DNA of 64,000 bases from Promethearchaeota archaeon (GTDB lineage Archaea > Asgardarchaeota > Lokiarchaeia > Sigyniarchaeales > SOKP01), in contig JAHLWP010000007.1 in the NCBI GenBank assembly GCA_019057865.1, positions 1 through 64,000 of the forward strand. The letters run 5' to 3'. Below the pieces are notes generated by a model. That model was given only the letters and a program-made list of their open reading frames with translations, was not told the origin of the DNA and searched no databases. Position numbers and translations under genes: made by a program. Positions 60,203-64,000 of the stretch are shown here, piece by piece; position 1 is the stretch's first letter; each line of letters starts with the position of its first letter.

Positions 60203-60544
60203 CTATCTCCAATCATAACAATCTCTACAGAACCAAAATAAAGAACAGGGATCTTGTATCAAATCTTCCATACGGTTACCACACAAAGAGCAATTGATAG
60301 AATACTGACGGAAAGAAATATCCAAATTCTCTCTTTCTTTTATGAGCTTTTTTAATCTCTCTGTTCTACCATCAAAGCTAAGAGAACTATCAACTCGAAC
60401 TTCACCTAATTTTATATTTAATTCTCTTTTTCTTCTCTTATAAACTAGAAAGAACAATGTTCTCAACTCATACCTAATTTTTCTTAGCTTTAGGCTTTTT
60501 AAACTCCGAATCTTCTTCTTAACGATATGTCCTTGTGAATTCAT
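60203..60544 (-). CDS. Small basic hypothetical protein with C-terminal Zn finger
   Basis: CSLC...WFCRDCY. Confidence 0.5.
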   Translation of the reverse strand: MNSQGHIVKKKIRSLKSLKLRKIRYELRTLFFLVYKRRKRELNIKLGEVRVDSSLSFDGRTERLKKLIKERENLDISFRQYSINCSLCGNRMEDLIQDPCSLFWFCRDCYDWR

Positions 60545-60648
60545 TACTTAATCACTTAATTTATAACATACATAAACTTACACTATTTTAAAATTTAGGA
60601 GAAAAAAAGTTTTATAAATAAAAAATTAAGTGGAAGTGAATAAGAATA

Positions 60649-61017
60649 ATGTATGATGAGAAGTTTGACGAAAGAATGAAAAAATCATTGGTTTTAGATG
60701 AAGTTCAAAGGGCTATGAAGAAAAAGGATATATCTAGCGAAGATATGGAAATAGTAATAGAATCAGTTAAAGCTATGAGACAACGAGCAACTGAACAGAA
60801 TTATGTGGAAGAATATCCAGATGAGGAATTCTTCACTGTAATGATTGAAAAGGAAGCAGAAAAAATATCTCATTATAGAGAGCAGATGGATGATTTAGTT
60901 AAAGCGGGGGCAGTTATTCTATACGAGAGTACTCTAACCGATGGAAGACATTTGGTTATTATAGACAATAAAGAATGCAATTACGAAGAACTATATACTT
61001 GCAGACCAACAGTATGA
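60649..61017 (+). CDS. Hypothetical acidic protein
   Basis: 122-aa ORF with upstream TTTATAAA and purine-rich leader. Confidence 0.55.
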   Translation: MYDEKFDERMKKSLVLDEVQRAMKKKDISSEDMEIVIESVKAMRQRATEQNYVEEYPDEEFFTVMIEKEAEKISHYREQMDDLVKAGAVILYESTLTDGRHLVIIDNKECNYEELYTCRPTV

Positions 61018-61140
61018 AGAGATAATTGAAGTATGATACTGTACTTTTTTTAAATTTAACAAAAGAATAATAATTAAGTTTAAAATTTAATAAGGAACTC
61101 TTACAATTAAGTTTCATTTCTTTAATATTTTGATGAAATT

Positions 61141-61335
61141 ATGAGTTCTAATTCAGAAAAAGATGAGCTTCTTTTTAACTTCCTAAACGATTTTTTACAG
61201 AAAGAATGTAAATTAGGAAAGATTACAGCGACTAAAATCGCCACCCAATTTACAGATTTGGAAAATTTTGTAAAGTTTAGATTCAATTCATTTAAAAAAT
61301 TTCGGTCTGCTGATGGCAGTAAATTAATTTTATAA
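61141..61335 (+). CDS. Short HhH-like ORF, possibly a truncated gene
   Basis: KLGKITATKIATQFTDLENF resembles an HhH motif; only 64 aa. Confidence 0.35.
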   Translation: MSSNSEKDELLFNFLNDFLQKECKLGKITATKIATQFTDLENFVKFRFNSFKKFRSADGSKLIL

Positions 61336-61415
61336 AAAAAATGCTATAGCCTATTTAGAGTAAAATATGGTAATTTGCCTTCATTCACCATGATTTTTAT
61401 CAGGGAAGAGTAACA

Positions 61416-62204
61416 TTATTTGGTATCAAATTTTTTATCAAAGCCTCTTGAAGATAAGCTGAGCATACGCTTAGCAACAAAAGTCTTCAGTGGGTTCACC
61501 TTTGTTTCATAAAAGAAATATTCCTTGTCCTTATAGAAATTATAATCCGCAGGAAAATGATGTTTGTTCCTTTCCGATGTGGTTTTAAACGCTTGAAACC
61601 ACAAGACATTCCAAAACGTGGGTGGAAGCGGTTTGTCAGACTTGAGCGCTCTATAGAATTTACGGGACGCTTTTTGAATATCTCGAGTAATCCTTTCTTC
61701 ATATTTGGGCTTGTATTTAAATGGAGGTGTTTTTACGGCCAGTTTAGACACCAGATAACCACCTCCCATGGTATTAGAAAGGGCTTTAAGTGTTGGTTTA
61801 ATTCCAACTTCACCAGCTGTTACTAGCAACATGAGCTTTTGGTTGACGTATGTTGGACGGTGAAGTGTGTAAGCAAATCTATCCATAAAGTTTTTCATCA
61901 ACCATGTCACATTCATAGAGTAAACAGGTGAAACAAGAATAATGCCGTTAGAAGCAAGAATTCGATTCTCGATATCGGCCCGAGAATCCTTCAAGGGACA
62001 TTTTTCCTCGCCACGAGGAATACAAGCAAAACATCCCCTACACATTTCTAGATTGGCATCCTTCAGGAAGAGGTAATCGAATTCTAAATCCACTTTTCCC
62101 TTTTTATCACTATTGGCAAAAGATTTTAGGTGATTTTCTACCTGTTGAGTAATTCTGTAACTATTTCCTTTTTTCGGGCTACCGATTATGGCAAGAACTT
62201 TCAT
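61416..62204 (-). CDS. Flavodoxin-like / NADPH-dependent FMN reductase family (iron-sulfur flavoprotein-like)
   Basis: IIGSPKKGNS, CRGCFAC...CP, SPVY, KNFMDR. Confidence 0.88.
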   Translation of the reverse strand: MKVLAIIGSPKKGNSYRITQQVENHLKSFANSDKKGKVDLEFDYLFLKDANLEMCRGCFACIPRGEEKCPLKDSRADIENRILASNGIILVSPVYSMNVTWLMKNFMDRFAYTLHRPTYVNQKLMLLVTAGEVGIKPTLKALSNTMGGGYLVSKLAVKTPPFKYKPKYEERITRDIQKASRKFYRALKSDKPLPPTFWNVLWFQAFKTTSERNKHHFPADYNFYKDKEYFFYETKVNPLKTFVAKRMLSLSSRGFDKKFDTK

Positions 62205-62576
62205 TATCTACTCTCCTTTTTCATTTATTTTATTGTTTTAATTATACATTATATATATTTTATATAATATGAATTCATTTTGTCTTCAATAATTTGTCAA
62301 TCCAACAATCAAAATATCTAACATTTATGAACATATGAGGGATAATATTCTTAAAACCTTCAGTTTGTAGTTCTTCTAATCTTATCAAAATTATATATCA
62401 TAATTATTTGATTAAAAGATGACTACTTGTTTAACTATTTATATGTAAATGAAAAATATTTTTTTTCAGGTCAGTACCTGACAGGAGTTCAAATGAATTT
62501 TCCAGAATATTAGTTCTTTTTTATTTTTTCTCCTTTAATTTTATAAGTGTTTATTTCAAGGCAATAATGTTTTGTT

Positions 62577-63077
62577 TTAACTATTTCTTTTTTTCTTTAA
62601 AATCTTTTCCAATTCAATTTCATCTCGTATTTCTATATCATTTAATCCTCTTAATGCAATCTCTGGTTTTAATTTTCTTGATTCTTTTATAGCATCAGTA
62701 TAAATTGCTTTTATTCTAAAACCTTTCATTTGGTAGAACCGTAATGCATTTGTGTTATCATTCGTTGTAATAACCCATAAACGTTTACACCCTTTTGAAG
62801 TTGCGAAATTTTCAAGTTCTTCGAATAGAGCTGTTCCAATTCCTAAATTTTCCTTTAAGCTGTTTAAAGTAATAATTTCACATTCATCCTTAGAGATACT
62901 AAATGTTATTAATCCTACCTTTTCATTATCTTGTATGGCTACATATCCAGGTAACTTATCAATATGATGTACTTTTCCTCGAGTTACAACCTTGATTGAA
63001 GCCCACTCACTAATAATTAATCTTTTTAACCACTCTTTATCATTATCATCCAAGGAACGTATTTTAATATCTCCCAT
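62577..63077 (-). CDS. GNAT acetyltransferase
   Basis: ENLGIGTAL, ITTNDNTNALRFYQ. Confidence 0.9.
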   Translation of the reverse strand: MGDIKIRSLDDNDKEWLKRLIISEWASIKVVTRGKVHHIDKLPGYVAIQDNEKVGLITFSISKDECEIITLNSLKENLGIGTALFEELENFATSKGCKRLWVITTNDNTNALRFYQMKGFRIKAIYTDAIKESRKLKPEIALRGLNDIEIRDEIELEKILKKKRNS

Positions 63078-63141
63078 CTTCTTTCATATAATGAATTCTT
63101 AATAAAATATCATAGGTAATTATGGATAATAAATCATAATA

Positions 63142-63702
63142 TCATTTAAGGCAAATTAATCCAAATCTATATAAAAATTTTACAGGGGGCCACTCTAAAT
63201 TAAAATTCAATTTTCTAACAGATTTAGTTACATCAATCCCTACAGCTTCCATTGAATATCTTATTTTATTAGGATAACGACAAGGTTTACCACTATCATA
63301 AATACATCCTAATTCTTTGTCATTATAACATAACCGACAAAAGCCATCCCATAAAATAAGTCTATCTTCAAATTTTTCAGAATAATCTTTAATAAATCCC
63401 AAAATTTCATTCTCTAATTCATTTCGCAATAAATTTTTCATATATAGAGCATTCCTTATGCTATTTTCACTCTTTTTTGGGTGTCTAATTTGAATTTTCT
63501 TTACATATTTCTCTACATCAAATTTTACATATATAAGGAAGAATTTGCGGAACTGAGAAACTAATTCTTCTAAATAAGGAGCTTCAGGAGGACATGCCCA
63601 TGAATGAGCATAGTTAGGACATTGGAAATCAGAGTTGATACAATAAGAACGCACTTTTGGATTAAAAACTATATCTCCAAATTCTATCTCTACAAAGGGC
63701 AT
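63142..63702 (-). CDS. DUF2284 metal-binding protein
   Basis: CPNYAHSWACPP, CRLC, PCRYP, SMEAVGIDV. Confidence 0.85.
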   Translation of the reverse strand: MPFVEIEFGDIVFNPKVRSYCINSDFQCPNYAHSWACPPEAPYLEELVSQFRKFFLIYVKFDVEKYVKKIQIRHPKKSENSIRNALYMKNLLRNELENEILGFIKDYSEKFEDRLILWDGFCRLCYNDKELGCIYDSGKPCRYPNKIRYSMEAVGIDVTKSVRKLNFNLEWPPVKFLYRFGLICLK

Positions 63703-63901
63703 TGCATTATCTCAAATTAGTGTATGAGTAATTATTGCATATTTAAAAGGTCGCATTTTAATAAATTTGCTTGAAAAACTCCAGTAATGAAATCTATCGC
63801 GTTATTCATAATTTTTAAAAAACTTTTATGTAATTAAATCTTAATGATTAGTATTATATATCCTTGGAGAAAAAAAATAATTAATTCTTGATGTGAAAAG
63901 A

Positions 63902-64000
63902 ATGAAATTTAAAAAAGATAAAAGAAGTGAATTACTAAATGCTGCAAAAGATTTTCACACCGAAGTTTTGAAAGGTTCGGACTTGCTTTATGAATGCATT
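63902..64000 (+). CDS. 5' part of an ORF running off the window
   Basis: ATG 63902 opens MKFKKDKRSELLNAAKDFHTEVLKGSDLLYECI with no stop before the window end. Confidence 0.45.
   Translation, partial: MKFKKDKRSELLNAAKDFHTEVLKGSDLLYECI

Noticed and set aside
4952-62967. Short ORF-track entries antisense to or nested in larger genes (e.g. 13208..13621, 24075..24443, 48072..48392, 58813..59127)
   Set aside because: Shadow ORFs overlapping well-supported genes, with no recognisable motifs.
1-64000. CRISPR array, rRNA genes or IS transposase
   Set aside because: No regularly spaced repeats, rRNA-like GC-rich tracts or DDE/HUH transposase ORFs were recognised.

Overview
AT-rich archaeal DNA, most consistent with an Asgard (Lokiarchaeia/Promethearchaeota-type) genome. 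This assignment is inferred from proteasome beta, aCPSF1, Orc1/Cdc6, XerA, BHB-intron tRNAs, a diphthamide-less EF-2 paralogue and a MIPS + ITPK1-like kinase cluster. Most of the window is housekeeping or metabolic genes. The strongest candidate for an undescribed system is a ~4 kb cassette (about 36330-40323) inserted into an L-fucose/L-arabinose isomerase gene. It appears to restore the gene with a synonymously recoded replacement 3' end, leaves the original 3' end orphaned downstream, and encodes a 201-aa helical protein plus an 874-aa protein with a Zn-binding N-terminus and an HNH-like C-terminus, with no recognisable integrase or transposase. Other highlights: several genes that apparently start at ATT/ATA behind strong SD motifs; eukaryote-like proteins (UFL1/DDRGK-like winged-helix array, CLN6-like membrane protein, two IFT52/GIFT-like proteins, Par14-like parvulin); two tRNAs with non-canonical introns (15/16 and 59/60); a tandem-HNH gene abutting tRNA-Gln; and dif-like 28-bp sites near xerA. 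All family assignments come from motif recognition by eye; no searches were run.
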